Made by a program: the position numbers and the translations under genes
The notes under the pieces: model-generated
Told to the model about the DNA's origin: nothing
What the model saw: only the letters and a program-made list of their open reading frames with translations
The model's database searches: none
From: Nanobdellota archaeon
GTDB lineage: Archaea; Nanobdellota; Nanobdellia; Parvarchaeales; Parvarchaeaceae
Assembly: GCA_021818905.1 (NCBI GenBank)
Contig: JAKASS010000001.1
Coordinates: 15,648 to 79,647, forward strand
DNA: 64,000 nt
Direction: 5' to 3'
Part shown: one piece after another, positions 1 to 9,370 of the stretch
Position numbering within the stretch: the stretch's first letter is position 1
Layout of the letters: each line of letters begins with the position of its first letter

Positions 1-2310
1 TGGAGTAGAGATCTTGAGAAAGAAATCCAAAAAAGACTCGATAATCTAGAACTATCAAATTTTGACGTAAAAATCGCGAAGCCATTTTTCGGAATTGACA
101 CGCCTCCGCCATATCCTTCTGGTAGACCATGGCATCTGGGGGCCGCCGCACAATATTCACAGATTGATGCAATAGCTAGATCGGAAAGAATGCTCGGCAA
201 AGGGGTGCTTTTTCCCATCGGTATGGATAGAAACGGCCTGCCTGTGGAAAGATATACCGAAAAAAAGTATGATATACGGATGCGAGAAACGGAAAGAGAA
301 AAATTTATAGAGCTCTGCCGGGGCGCACTAGACGATTTGCAAAGCGAGATGGTCGAGATTTTGAAGGCGATTGGATTCTCGGCAGATTTCAAAAATATGT
401 ATAGGACTGACTCTGATGAGTACCGGGCTTTGACGCAAGCAACTTTCATAAAACACTGGAAAGATGAAATGATATACCGCGGGAACCGTCCTACAAACTA
501 CTGCGTTGAATGCGGCACTACTATAGCCGATGCTGAGATAGAATACAAAGAACTCCCAACAAAACTGGCGTATTTTACCTTTCAAGTAAAGGGGTCAAAA
601 GACACGATAACTATAGCAAGCACCAGACCAGAACTTTTAGGCGCGTGCCGAGCGATTATAGCCAACCCGGAGGATACTAGATACAAAAGCTTGATAGGCA
701 AGCGTGCCATAGTCCCTATATACAAAACAGAAGTCGATATACTTGGACATAGTTCAGCTAAACCAGAATTTGGCAGCGGGGCGGTCATGGTATGCTCTTA
801 TGGCGACTATAACGATGTTCTTCTTTTCAAAGAGCTAGGTCTAGATGAAAAGATAATAATTAATGAAAACGGACGATTAACCGATGCCGCAGGTAAGCTT
901 GCGGGGCTTACTGTAAATTCTGGAAGAAAGGAGATACTAAGATTGCTCCAGGAAGATGGTTCTCTAGAAAAAGTTCAGGAGATCTCGCATAGGACACCTA
1001 CCTGTGACAGGAGCAAAAGCCCAGTTGAGATAATACCGATGGATGAATATTACATGAAGATAAAGGACCTTAAAGATAAGGTGGCGGAAATAATAGATGG
1101 ACTCAATTTTATACCGGAACAGCATAAACAAATATTGCTTAATTGGATGAAAGTGGCGGCGGACTGGCCGATATCTAGAAGGAGATTCTATGGGACCGAG
1201 ATACCTCTATGGTATTGCAAAAAATGTAACGAGGCATATGTGCCCCAGCCAGGTAGATATTATAGGCCTTGGAAAGAGAATCCGCCTAGCGAAACGGTCT
1301 GTAAAAAGTGTAAATCAACCGAATTTTATGGTGACACAAGAACATTTGACACCTGGATGGATTCGAGCGTGAGCTCACTTTTCGTAACGAAATATTTGAA
1401 CGACGCTAACTTTCATTCAAAAACTTATCCCCTTACAATCCGTGCGCAGGGGGTAGACATAGTTAGGACTTGGCTCTTCTACAGTATAGTAAGGTGCTTT
1501 GAATTGACAAAAACGCCCCCTTGGTCCAACGTTTGGATTGGTGGCATGGGATTAGATGAACATGGTGAAAAAATGAGCAAGAGCAAGGGAAACGGCGTAG
1601 ACCCCATGCTTATTATAGAACGCTACGGCTCGGACGCATTTAGATTTTGGGCGGCGTCAGAAGCGTCTCCCGGAAGCAACTTTCTTTTCTCAGAACAAAG
1701 AATAATGGGCGCCCAGAAATTCCTCACAAAATTATGGAACGTGGCTAAATTTATAAAAGAGTTTGGTGATTATGGCATGACTGAAAAACCGAAAAAACTT
1801 TTACCTGCAGACAAATGGATACTAGAAGAGTTATCTTCGGCGGTAAAAGACTCACTGAAAGGATATACCGCATTCAATTTTTTTGTCCCTAGCAACAGGC
1901 TGAGAGAATTTACATGGAATATTTTTGCCCCACATTATATAGAGATGGTAAAAGCTAGGGCGTACGGTAAAGACTTCTCAAAAGAAGAGAAACTTTCAGC
2001 CATATATGCTCTAAATCAAACTTTAAGGACTATACTACTCCTGCTTGCACCGATATGCCCTTTCATAACCGAGTCGATATGGACTAGCTTATACTCCGAA
2101 GAATCGATACACAAAATGAGATTTCCTTCTAGTATAACCGGTTTTGAAGAGATGGCAAAATATTCTAACATTATAATCGAATTCAATACGAAGGTTTGGA
2201 GGGAAAAACGATCGAGGGGGGTTTCTTTACGTGATTCGATATCATTGGACATACCTACTGATCTGGAGATATTTGAAAAAGATTTAAGAGCCATGCATAA
2301 TTTAAAATGA
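1..2310 (+). CDS. valS: valyl-tRNA synthetase (5' end lies outside the window)
   Basis: Frame 1 is open from base 1 (WSRDLEKE...IDTPPPYPSGRPWHLGAAA) and continuous with ORF 190..2310. Class Ia aaRS blocks: IDTPPPYPSG, editing-domain TRPELLGA and GSGAVMVCSYGD, DTWMDSS, QGVDIVRTWLFY, KMSKS. Confidence 0.85.
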   Translation, partial: WSRDLEKEIQKRLDNLELSNFDVKIAKPFFGIDTPPPYPSGRPWHLGAAAQYSQIDAIARSERMLGKGVLFPIGMDRNGLPVERYTEKKYDIRMRETEREKFIELCRGALDDLQSEMVEILKAIGFSADFKNMYRTDSDEYRALTQATFIKHWKDEMIYRGNRPTNYCVECGTTIADAEIEYKELPTKLAYFTFQVKGSKDTITIASTRPELLGACRAIIANPEDTRYKSLIGKRAIVPIYKTEVDILGHSSAKPEFGSGAVMVCSYGDYNDVLLFKELGLDEKIIINENGRLTDAAGKLAGLTVNSGRKEILRLLQEDGSLEKVQEISHRTPTCDRSKSPVEIIPMDEYYMKIKDLKDKVAEIIDGLNFIPEQHKQILLNWMKVAADWPISRRRFYGTEIPLWYCKKCNEAYVPQPGRYYRPWKENPPSETVCKKCKSTEFYGDTRTFDTWMDSSVSSLFVTKYLNDANFHSKTYPLTIRAQGVDIVRTWLFYSIVRCFELTKTPPWSNVWIGGMGLDEHGEKMSKSKGNGVDPMLIIERYGSDAFRFWAASEASPGSNFLFSEQRIMGAQKFLTKLWNVAKFIKEFGDYGMTEKPKKLLPADKWILEELSSAVKDSLKGYTAFNFFVPSNRLREFTWNIFAPHYIEMVKARAYGKDFSKEEKLSAIYALNQTLRTILLLLAPICPFITESIWTSLYSEESIHKMRFPSSITGFEEMAKYSNIIIEFNTKVWREKRSRGVSLRDSISLDIPTDLEIFEKDLRAMHNLK

Positions 2311-2335
2311 TTGCCTGTAACTTAGATAAAAACAT

Positions 2336-2542
2336 ATGGTAAAAATAATAGTAAAAAACATAAATTTCGGTGAGAAGCAGGTAGAGATAAAAACTGGGAA
2401 GGTGGAAGAGCTAATTAAAAAACTTAGGACGACTGATGACGCCGTTCTAATAGTCGATGAAAACGGGGATATATACACCAAAGATAAAAAACTTAAAGAC
2501 GGTTCCACTATAAACATGATAGAAGTATTTTCTGGCGGATAA
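2336..2542 (+). CDS. ubiquitin-like beta-grasp sulfur carrier (ThiS/MoaD/TtuB/SAMP-like) ending in Gly-Gly
   Basis: 68 aa, the sequence ends ...EVFSGG directly before the stop. Sits 1 nt upstream of a TtuA/Ncs6-type gene. Confidence 0.7.
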   Translation: MVKIIVKNINFGEKQVEIKTGKVEELIKKLRTTDDAVLIVDENGDIYTKDKKLKDGSTINMIEVFSGG

Positions 2543-2543
2543 A

Positions 2544-3467
2544 ATGAAATGTGAAGCTTGTAGACAGAACGCAATAATATCTAGTAGCAATGGAACTTTC
2601 TGCGTTGACCATTTCAAATCAAACTTTGAAAAAATTACCCTATCGACGATTAAAAAATATAAATTAATAAACGATGGAGAGACTATCGCAGTTGCCAATT
2701 CTGGCGGAAAGGATTCGTTATCTTTACTTTACATAATCGCGAAATACTTCAAAAAGAAAAACAGCATAATCTCTATAACTATAGACGAAGGAATCAAAGG
2801 CTATAGAGACAAAACTATAGAAACGATGAAGACATACTGCGATGCCTGGGGTGTGACGTATAAAATTTATTCTTACGGAGACTTTGCAGGAGCTACTATG
2901 GATGCCATAACAAAACTCAAACCCGGCATACCGTGCGGAACCTGCGGCGTTTTGCGAAGGCACATGCTTAATTTTTCCGCTGCAGAGAACAGAGCAGACA
3001 AGATGGCGACCGCACACAATATGGACGATGAGGCTGAAAATGTTATGATGAACCTATTCCAGAACGACTTTGAGAAGCTAATACGATTAGGCCCAATATC
3101 TGGGATCTCACAATACAAGGGTTTTGTACCGCGGATAAAGCCGTTTATGTTCATTAGCGAAAAAGAAACCATGCTTTTTTCTATGGTTAACGGAATAAAT
3201 GCCCTCCACACGCCGTGTCCATACGCTGGTTTAGGTTTTAGGGGCGTAATATCACGAAAGATAAAAGAGCTTGAATCTGAAATGCCCGGTTCGAAAAGAT
3301 ACATGCTTGACCTGATGATGGAGTTAAAAAGAGAGTATTCGGATAGCTATGTTGAAAACCCGCGTAGCCAGTTGGTTAATTGCGCTGCGTGCGGCGCGCC
3401 GGCTTCCGAAGAAATATGTGAAGCCTGCAACGTAAAAATGCAGATTAAACGATTAAAACCAAATTAA
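2544..3467 (+). CDS. TtuA/Ncs6(NcsA)-family tRNA 2-thiolation PP-loop ATPase
   Basis: N-terminal CxxC...CxxH finger, PP-loop SGGKDS, cluster-type cysteines CGTCGVLRR and HTPCPY, C-terminal CAACG...CEAC finger. Confidence 0.8.
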   Translation: MKCEACRQNAIISSSNGTFCVDHFKSNFEKITLSTIKKYKLINDGETIAVANSGGKDSLSLLYIIAKYFKKKNSIISITIDEGIKGYRDKTIETMKTYCDAWGVTYKIYSYGDFAGATMDAITKLKPGIPCGTCGVLRRHMLNFSAAENRADKMATAHNMDDEAENVMMNLFQNDFEKLIRLGPISGISQYKGFVPRIKPFMFISEKETMLFSMVNGINALHTPCPYAGLGFRGVISRKIKELESEMPGSKRYMLDLMMELKREYSDSYVENPRSQLVNCAACGAPASEEICEACNVKMQIKRLKPN

Positions 3468-3506
3468 ATAATAAATCTTTAAATATCAAAAAAAACAATA
3501 TTCTCT

Positions 3507-4769
3507 ATGCCAAATACTTCTCCAAAAATAGAGTTATCCCAGGATTACCAGACATATGTCAAAAACGTTGACGATTTTAATAATTCGCTAAGCCTTACGG
3601 TTTCTGACGTATACAAAAAACTCAATCTAATCGCACAAAGCATAAGTGGACTGGATAAAGCGCGAGAAAACAACGTAGATCCTGCCTATGTAAGCGGGTT
3701 AGAAGTTAAAGTAAACAAACTCGCTTCCGACCTAAATGCTGCAATATCAAGTTTCAATTCGGCTGTTGAAAAGCTTAACGATAATTATACGGATTCTTTT
3801 GACAGGCTTAACAAATTGAATTCTGTGACCGATAGCCTTTTACTTAATCTAAGTAAAGTATCTAACGACCTTAACAAAGCTGTGTCAAGTTTTAACTCTG
3901 TTTCGCAACAGGTCGTGGAAAATGCCGATAAAGATTCGGAGAATATAAATAGGGTAAACGAAACCGTTGCAAAATTTTCAGACATGTTAAAAGCAAACGT
4001 AAGCGATATAAACGCTACGAATAATGAATTGGCAGAAAAATTTAGCAAGCTTTCAGACACAGTCTATTCTGGCTTACCGGCTATAAACGGGCTGGTAGAT
4101 GACGTAACCCAGCTAAAAAAGCTCCATTCGACAATAAACACGCGATTTGAAAGCTTAACAAACGCTACAAACGGACTAGCAGTCGAGAGCAATGGTTTGA
4201 ATCTTAAGCTCGATACAATAAGCAAAGAATTCGAAAACATACAGCAGGGATTAATTGACGCTCAGAAGCATGTAATGGATTTCATAAATATAGCACGAAG
4301 CGCAACGTCTAATCTAAATTCTTACAACCCCGAATCCCTGAATGTAGAGATAAAGAAAAACGAAGACCAGATAGACAATTTAGAAAAGGAAATGAGTAAG
4401 ACTTTAGAGAATTATAATAATCTCGAAAAGAATGTATCCGCACTGTCAAATAAGATATCCGAACTTTCGGTCGTAAAAAACGCCTCAAAATTATTTGATA
4501 ATGTACAAACGACCGCAAAGGCCGTAGAAGACAGTGAAAATAAGATAAACGCCCAGTCCTCAAAGATGGAGATAATGTTCAACCAACTTAGCTCGTACAT
4601 GAATAAATTCGTCGATATAAACAACAGACTAAACGACATGATGAAAAAACTTGGCGATATCGAAACTGAAGTCGGGAGAGTAAAGACGAGTCTTGTTTTA
4701 TTTGCAACAAAAGAAGACATAATCGAGCTGCATAACAAAATAAATACGCTTTCTAACCAAAAACAATAA
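3507..4769 (+). CDS. Asn/Ser/Leu/Lys-rich coiled-coil protein, function unknown
   Basis: 420 aa, no TM segment, heptad-like composition, recurring blocks (LNAAISSFNSAVEKLN / LNKAVSSFNSVSQQV). Confidence 0.6.
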   Translation: MPNTSPKIELSQDYQTYVKNVDDFNNSLSLTVSDVYKKLNLIAQSISGLDKARENNVDPAYVSGLEVKVNKLASDLNAAISSFNSAVEKLNDNYTDSFDRLNKLNSVTDSLLLNLSKVSNDLNKAVSSFNSVSQQVVENADKDSENINRVNETVAKFSDMLKANVSDINATNNELAEKFSKLSDTVYSGLPAINGLVDDVTQLKKLHSTINTRFESLTNATNGLAVESNGLNLKLDTISKEFENIQQGLIDAQKHVMDFINIARSATSNLNSYNPESLNVEIKKNEDQIDNLEKEMSKTLENYNNLEKNVSALSNKISELSVVKNASKLFDNVQTTAKAVEDSENKINAQSSKMEIMFNQLSSYMNKFVDINNRLNDMMKKLGDIETEVGRVKTSLVLFATKEDIIELHNKINTLSNQKQ

Positions 4770-4776
4770 AAACGCA

Positions 4777-5253
4777 ATGGAAAATCAAGACGGAGAAAGT
4801 AAAATCAGAAAGAGATTGTATAGAGACAAGCCTCTTGCGGGTATAAGTCTAAATGAATTTGAGAAGCCCTCTTCCGATTACTTCACAAACCTAAGACGAT
4901 TCTGTATATCTATCGGCGTGATAAGCCCAGGCGAAAGTCGGGTTGCTATTGTACACATACTGGATATATTGCTAAAGCAAAAAAAATCTAAAAAAGACGG
5001 ACTAGACAGCTACGAAATAATAAAAGAACTATACAAGACTGACGTAAAGATAGTTTATGCAAATATACTGCGGGACCTTAGAAAACTTATTGCGGTTGGG
5101 ATAGTAGAAAGGCGGGACAACTGTTATAGGATAAAGGAAAACATGAAGTTAAGAGAACTCCTTGAGACTTTCATAAAGCCGTACATAATAGACAGGATAC
5201 TAAAAAGAGTGGAAGAGTACGCAGAAAGTATAGATAACAAGCTCGGTGATTAG
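4777..5253 (+). CDS. putative winged-helix DNA-binding protein
   Basis: 158 aa. Segment SYEIIKELYKTDVKIVYANILRDLRKLIAVGIVERRDNCYRI looks like a wHTH recognition helix plus wing. Confidence 0.45.
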   Translation: MENQDGESKIRKRLYRDKPLAGISLNEFEKPSSDYFTNLRRFCISIGVISPGESRVAIVHILDILLKQKKSKKDGLDSYEIIKELYKTDVKIVYANILRDLRKLIAVGIVERRDNCYRIKENMKLRELLETFIKPYIIDRILKRVEEYAESIDNKLGD

Positions 5254-5519
5254 AGTTCAGAAAGTAGTTTGTATATTTTCTTACCCTTAGACGTAAGTCT
5301 TATCATTTTCTTGTGCTTGCTGCCGTCAAAAGAAGTTATGCCAAGCCCGTTCATTACTTTTATCAACTTAACTATGTAAGCATAACTGCAATCTATTTTC
5401 TTCGACATCATCGCAGAATAAACTCGGCCTTCATTTGAGGAAATTGCCTGTAAAAGCATGAACGGCTTCTCGTGAAGAAATAATCTTCTTGCCAATTTTT
5501 TGGAATCTGATTCGGCCAT
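5250..5519 (-). CDS. small winged-helix (ArsR/MarR-like) regulator
   Basis: 89 aa. SAMMSKKIDCSYAYIVKLIKVMNGLGITS...IRLTSKGKKI fits HTH plus wing. Convergent 4-nt overlap with 4777..5253. Confidence 0.5.
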   Translation of the reverse strand: MAESDSKKLARRLFLHEKPFMLLQAISSNEGRVYSAMMSKKIDCSYAYIVKLIKVMNGLGITSFDGSKHKKMIRLTSKGKKIYKLLSEL

Positions 5520-5630
5520 ATCTATTCAGTAATTATGTGTGATATTTATACCTTTCTTAGATATTTTTCTATAAACGACTTAGAAAATTTATTATAAGAT
5601 TTAAATCTGAGCGTTAAAAATCGGTTAAAT

Positions 5631-6373
5631 TTACTTTCTTGCGTAGAATATCGCGTTTGTAGATTTAAGTTTTGGGACATCGTCTGTGCTTGTTTCGCGA
5701 TTTTTTATGTCTATCCAGAACAACCTATTAAATCCGGTCTTAATCGCCGAATCTTCTATACTTGTTCTATCCCAGAAGAATTTATAGTCATAACAAAGAA
5801 ATTTCCCATCCCTATCGAAAAACTCACAGCATAGCTTCGACCCGTTTTTAAGCGGGCTTCCATCTGCTAGAGAAACTCTATACAGGACTCCGCTTTCTCT
5901 TAATGGATTCAACGGATTACATACGACAGAAAAAAGTCTACCGTCCGTCTTTAGGTGATTATAAGCGACCCGGAGATAATCTTTTAATTCCGTACAGATG
6001 GGTGCGTAACTAAAAACGAACCCGGCTGTAACGACATCAAATTTTTGCTTAAGATCCAAGTCTTTTATGTCCGATTTAATAAAATCTATATTAAATCCGT
6101 TAGCCAAGCTCTTTGAACGCGCTATGTCTATCTGTTTTTGCGACATGTCGACGCCGATGACGCGTCCTGCCCCCAGGATTTAATTAGCTGGGCGAAGAAT
6201 CCAGCGCCACAACCCAAATCTAAAACAGATAGCCCACTAAGCTTTGGAAACGCCCCTATAAAAGATTCTTTTATCAAAACGTGTTTTCTAGGATTATATC
6301 CCTCGAACTTTTCGTAAGCGGCAGCTATTTTATCGTAATGCTTTTCTACATCGTATTCCTCATTTTCTACCAC
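5631..6373 (-). pseudogene. class I SAM-dependent methyltransferase split by a frameshift in a C5/G5 run
   Basis: ORF 6128..6373 carries motif I (VLDLGCGAGFF). The adjacent frame reads GAGRVIGVDMSQKQIDIAR and continues as ORF 5631..6146. The switch is at the ccccc run 6170..6174. Confidence 0.75.
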
Positions 6374-6396
6374 AAGATTTTTGCCTCATCAATAAA

Positions 6397-6486
6397 GGGC
6401 CCACTGGGATTTGAACCCAGGTCAGATGGTTACTCCATCTGATGCATTCGAAGCCATCTATCCTATCCGGACTAGACTATGGGCCC
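6397..6486 (-). tRNA. tRNA-Arg(UCG) with a 17-nt intron at position 37/38
   Basis: Reverse complement folds as GGGCCCA / GTCT..GGAT / GATGG-CUUCGA[intron]A-CCATC / CTGGG TTCAAAT CCCAG / TGGGCCC. Central helix CTTC/GGAG plus TAA bulge fits the 3' half of a BHB. Confidence 0.75.
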
Positions 6487-6530
6487 TTCAATATTTCTTA
6501 TGAAGTTTTAGATATTTATCTGTCTCTTAT

Positions 6531-7142
6531 TTAAATTTCTATTATCTTTCCTTTCGGACCTGCGTTTATTACTGTGGTGCCCCCCAGTTTGTCTTCTAAG
6601 CTGAATGTCTCGTGTATGTGGCCACAGATGCACTTCTCGGGTTTAAGCTTCTCAATCATTTCACGGACCGCTGTGCTGCCTACATTCATGTCCTTTCCTA
6701 TAACATCCAATTTGGTCTTATACGGAGGAACGTGTACGACCATTACCTTTTTCTTTGCGTCACTTATGTATCTAAATGAGTTTTGTATTCTCTTTTTTAT
6801 TTGATTCTCAGAAAGTTCATTTGGCCCTATGTTTGCAAGGCCACAACCAAAGAAGCCGACCCCGCCGACCTTGAATGCATAACTGTGCAAATCATAAAGT
6901 ATATCTGAATATCTCTTCTTAAGCATAAACATGTCCGCTTCACTATCGTGGTTGCCCGGTATTATAGCTACCTTTTTCTTTAGGTCAGAGAACGGCTTTA
7001 ACAATCCTTCTAATCCATTACCGAATATGGACAGGTCGCCCGCTAAAATAACGAGGTCTACCCTCTCTTTCTTTGCTTTTTTAGCTAAGCTCTCTGCAGC
7101 TTTCAGGTCACCGTGTATGTCCGATGCGGCTAATATCCTCAT
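6531..7142 (-). CDS. calcineurin-like metallophosphoesterase (YfcE/MJ0936-like)
   Basis: MRILAASDIHGD, GDL, GNHD, VHVPP, GHIH motifs in order. Confidence 0.8.
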   Translation of the reverse strand: MRILAASDIHGDLKAAESLAKKAKKERVDLVILAGDLSIFGNGLEGLLKPFSDLKKKVAIIPGNHDSEADMFMLKKRYSDILYDLHSYAFKVGGVGFFGCGLANIGPNELSENQIKKRIQNSFRYISDAKKKVMVVHVPPYKTKLDVIGKDMNVGSTAVREMIEKLKPEKCICGHIHETFSLEDKLGGTTVINAGPKGKIIEI

Positions 7143-7164
7143 AATAGGGTATTGAGTTATTTGT

Positions 7165-9294
7165 TTATATCAATTTCTTTTGCGCATCTTCTTCATGTAG
7201 GTAAGAGTAAACTTTTCCTGCGATTTTACTGCCAAGTATGTGGGACAGCTTGTCTATCGGTGTCGCCTTTAGTTCTGATATGCTTTTTATGCCAAGGGAG
7301 TATAATCTTCTTCCTCTCGCCCGTCCAATCTCCGGCACGGAAATCAAAGGCAGTAATTCTTCCTTGATGCCATACTTTATCCTTGTGGAGAGTTTTGCTA
7401 TCTCGTTTGATTTTCCACCTAAGGTTTTGCTTAATTCTTTAAGACTGTAGACTAGCCATCTTATACTTTCTATTGTTACGTAAAATTCCCCGGGGAGAAC
7501 TTTATAGTCTTCTTCTATATCACGTTCACTTTTCTCGTCTATCCATTCTGATATTATATGCGCCATTTTTATGGCAGATATAAAGCGATCGTATTCTACT
7601 AGGTTCTGGTCTGTTAGAAGACTCAGAGTATAACTTTCTTCCTCGTACCTCTCGAACTCTGACTGCGAAATCCTTATAAATCTGAATTCCTCTGTGCAGA
7701 AAAGAACGTGGAGGATAGAGAATGGGTCTATTCTGTCGCTTTCTTTCATCTTTTCTATGAATCGCATGAATACAAGGCCTGTGTAAGGGTCAAGGTATAA
7801 TTGATTTATTAATCTCCCTAGTCTGGTGGCTAATATCTTGCCCATTTCATCTATTATGAAATCGTGCTCTTCTAAAAACTCCATCGCCGCGTCTATTTTT
7901 TCTGTTAGGTCTATTCCAAGACTTGAAATGAAGAGCGTGTCAAAAAAGGCACTGAAATCGTCTTTTGACCGGCACAGTTCTAGGCAAGACAGTGCCAGCG
8001 TATATTTTCTTACGGCGATTTCACTATTGAACTTGGATATTATCGGCTCTACTTCTCCTTCTACGTATTTTTTCTGTATAAGGTCTAAGTCTCTCTCGTT
8101 TCTTGCTATTATTATCGCCGTTCCTTCTTTGTCATACTTAGGCCGACCTGCCCTCCCAAGCATCTGTTCTATTTCAAGAGCTGGAAGCGATTCTGAGCCA
8201 TATTCTCCGTACCTGTATACAGAGGAAATTATCACTGTGTTTGCCGGCAGATTAACTCCCATAGCTAAAGTGGGTGTTGCGACTATGAATTTTATAAGAC
8301 CGTTCCTAAAGCCATTTTCTATTAGTTTCCTCTGTTTGTTTACTAAGCCCGCATGGTGGAACGCAACGCCGCCTCTTACAAGGTCGCTTATTTGTTCGCA
8401 TTGGGATGTCGGTCTATCCAAAACATTTAAAATCTCATCGGCTAGTTTGTTTAGGGCTTTTTTGTCTTCTGGGACAAGTTTTGGCGCGAAGACGTTAGAT
8501 ATGAGTTTTGCATTGGACATTGTTGATTTTTTAGTCTGAGCAAAGATAAGGGCCTGCTTTTGCTTTTTAATCAGTTCCATCACTATATTCAGAAGCGGGT
8601 CTTCGACATTGTTCAGAGTTTCTTTCTTACCACCAAGTAGCTCGCCGTCAAAATAAACTTTTTTAACGAGCTTCACAGGTCTAAAATCGCTCTTTACCAG
8701 CTTGCACCCGAGCCACTCGGCGATATCCTCGGCGTTACTTATTGTAGCGCTAAGACCTATTATCTGCGCACTTGCAAATATTTTCTTATTTAGTGCGATT
8801 AAAAATTCTAGCGTAGGGCCGCGCCCTACATCCGTCAACAGGTGTATTTCGTCATAAACTATACAGCCTACATTTATCAGATAGTTACCAGAATTACGCA
8901 AAAGACTATCAAGTTTTTCTGTAGACACAAATAAAACATCATAAGCACCAATCGTAGAATCGCTTTCGCTATAATCCCCCATCGAAAGTGCGGATTTTAC
9001 TTCTGGATATTCTCTTGTAAAGTCCTCAAACTTTTCTGAGATCAATGCCCTCATCGGCGCAACATAAATGGCTCTTTTTCCCAAAGAAACTGCGTTAAGT
9101 ATAGCCATCTCACCTATCAAAGTCTTTCCAGACGCAGTCGGTGCTGACACTAAGATATTCTCTCCTTCGAATAGCCCCTTCTTTATCGCTTCCGCCTGCG
9201 GGGGGAGAAATTCGACTATCTTATCTTTTATCTTAGTGTATACCTGTTTAGGTATTTGGCTTTCCGTTTCCTGGATTTTCATCTTCTCCACCAC
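7165..9294 (-). CDS. hel308: Ski2-like DNA helicase Hel308
   Basis: 709 aa. Walker A APTASGKT, DEIH box, SAT, RAGR motif VI, C-terminal HhH-like PEIGRARGRRL. Confidence 0.85.
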   Translation of the reverse strand: MVEKMKIQETESQIPKQVYTKIKDKIVEFLPPQAEAIKKGLFEGENILVSAPTASGKTLIGEMAILNAVSLGKRAIYVAPMRALISEKFEDFTREYPEVKSALSMGDYSESDSTIGAYDVLFVSTEKLDSLLRNSGNYLINVGCIVYDEIHLLTDVGRGPTLEFLIALNKKIFASAQIIGLSATISNAEDIAEWLGCKLVKSDFRPVKLVKKVYFDGELLGGKKETLNNVEDPLLNIVMELIKKQKQALIFAQTKKSTMSNAKLISNVFAPKLVPEDKKALNKLADEILNVLDRPTSQCEQISDLVRGGVAFHHAGLVNKQRKLIENGFRNGLIKFIVATPTLAMGVNLPANTVIISSVYRYGEYGSESLPALEIEQMLGRAGRPKYDKEGTAIIIARNERDLDLIQKKYVEGEVEPIISKFNSEIAVRKYTLALSCLELCRSKDDFSAFFDTLFISSLGIDLTEKIDAAMEFLEEHDFIIDEMGKILATRLGRLINQLYLDPYTGLVFMRFIEKMKESDRIDPFSILHVLFCTEEFRFIRISQSEFERYEEESYTLSLLTDQNLVEYDRFISAIKMAHIISEWIDEKSERDIEEDYKVLPGEFYVTIESIRWLVYSLKELSKTLGGKSNEIAKLSTRIKYGIKEELLPLISVPEIGRARGRRLYSLGIKSISELKATPIDKLSHILGSKIAGKVYSYLHEEDAQKKLI

Positions 9295-9370
9295 TAGATT
9301 TAATGATTGTATCTCTTGTATTTAATCTGCTTAAAATAAATAGTGCTTAAATCTTATAAAAACATCATTA

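Noticed and set aside
7826-8539. 237-aa + strand ORF
   Set aside because: It lies antisense within the Hel308 helicase gene, and its composition is typical of shadow ORFs.
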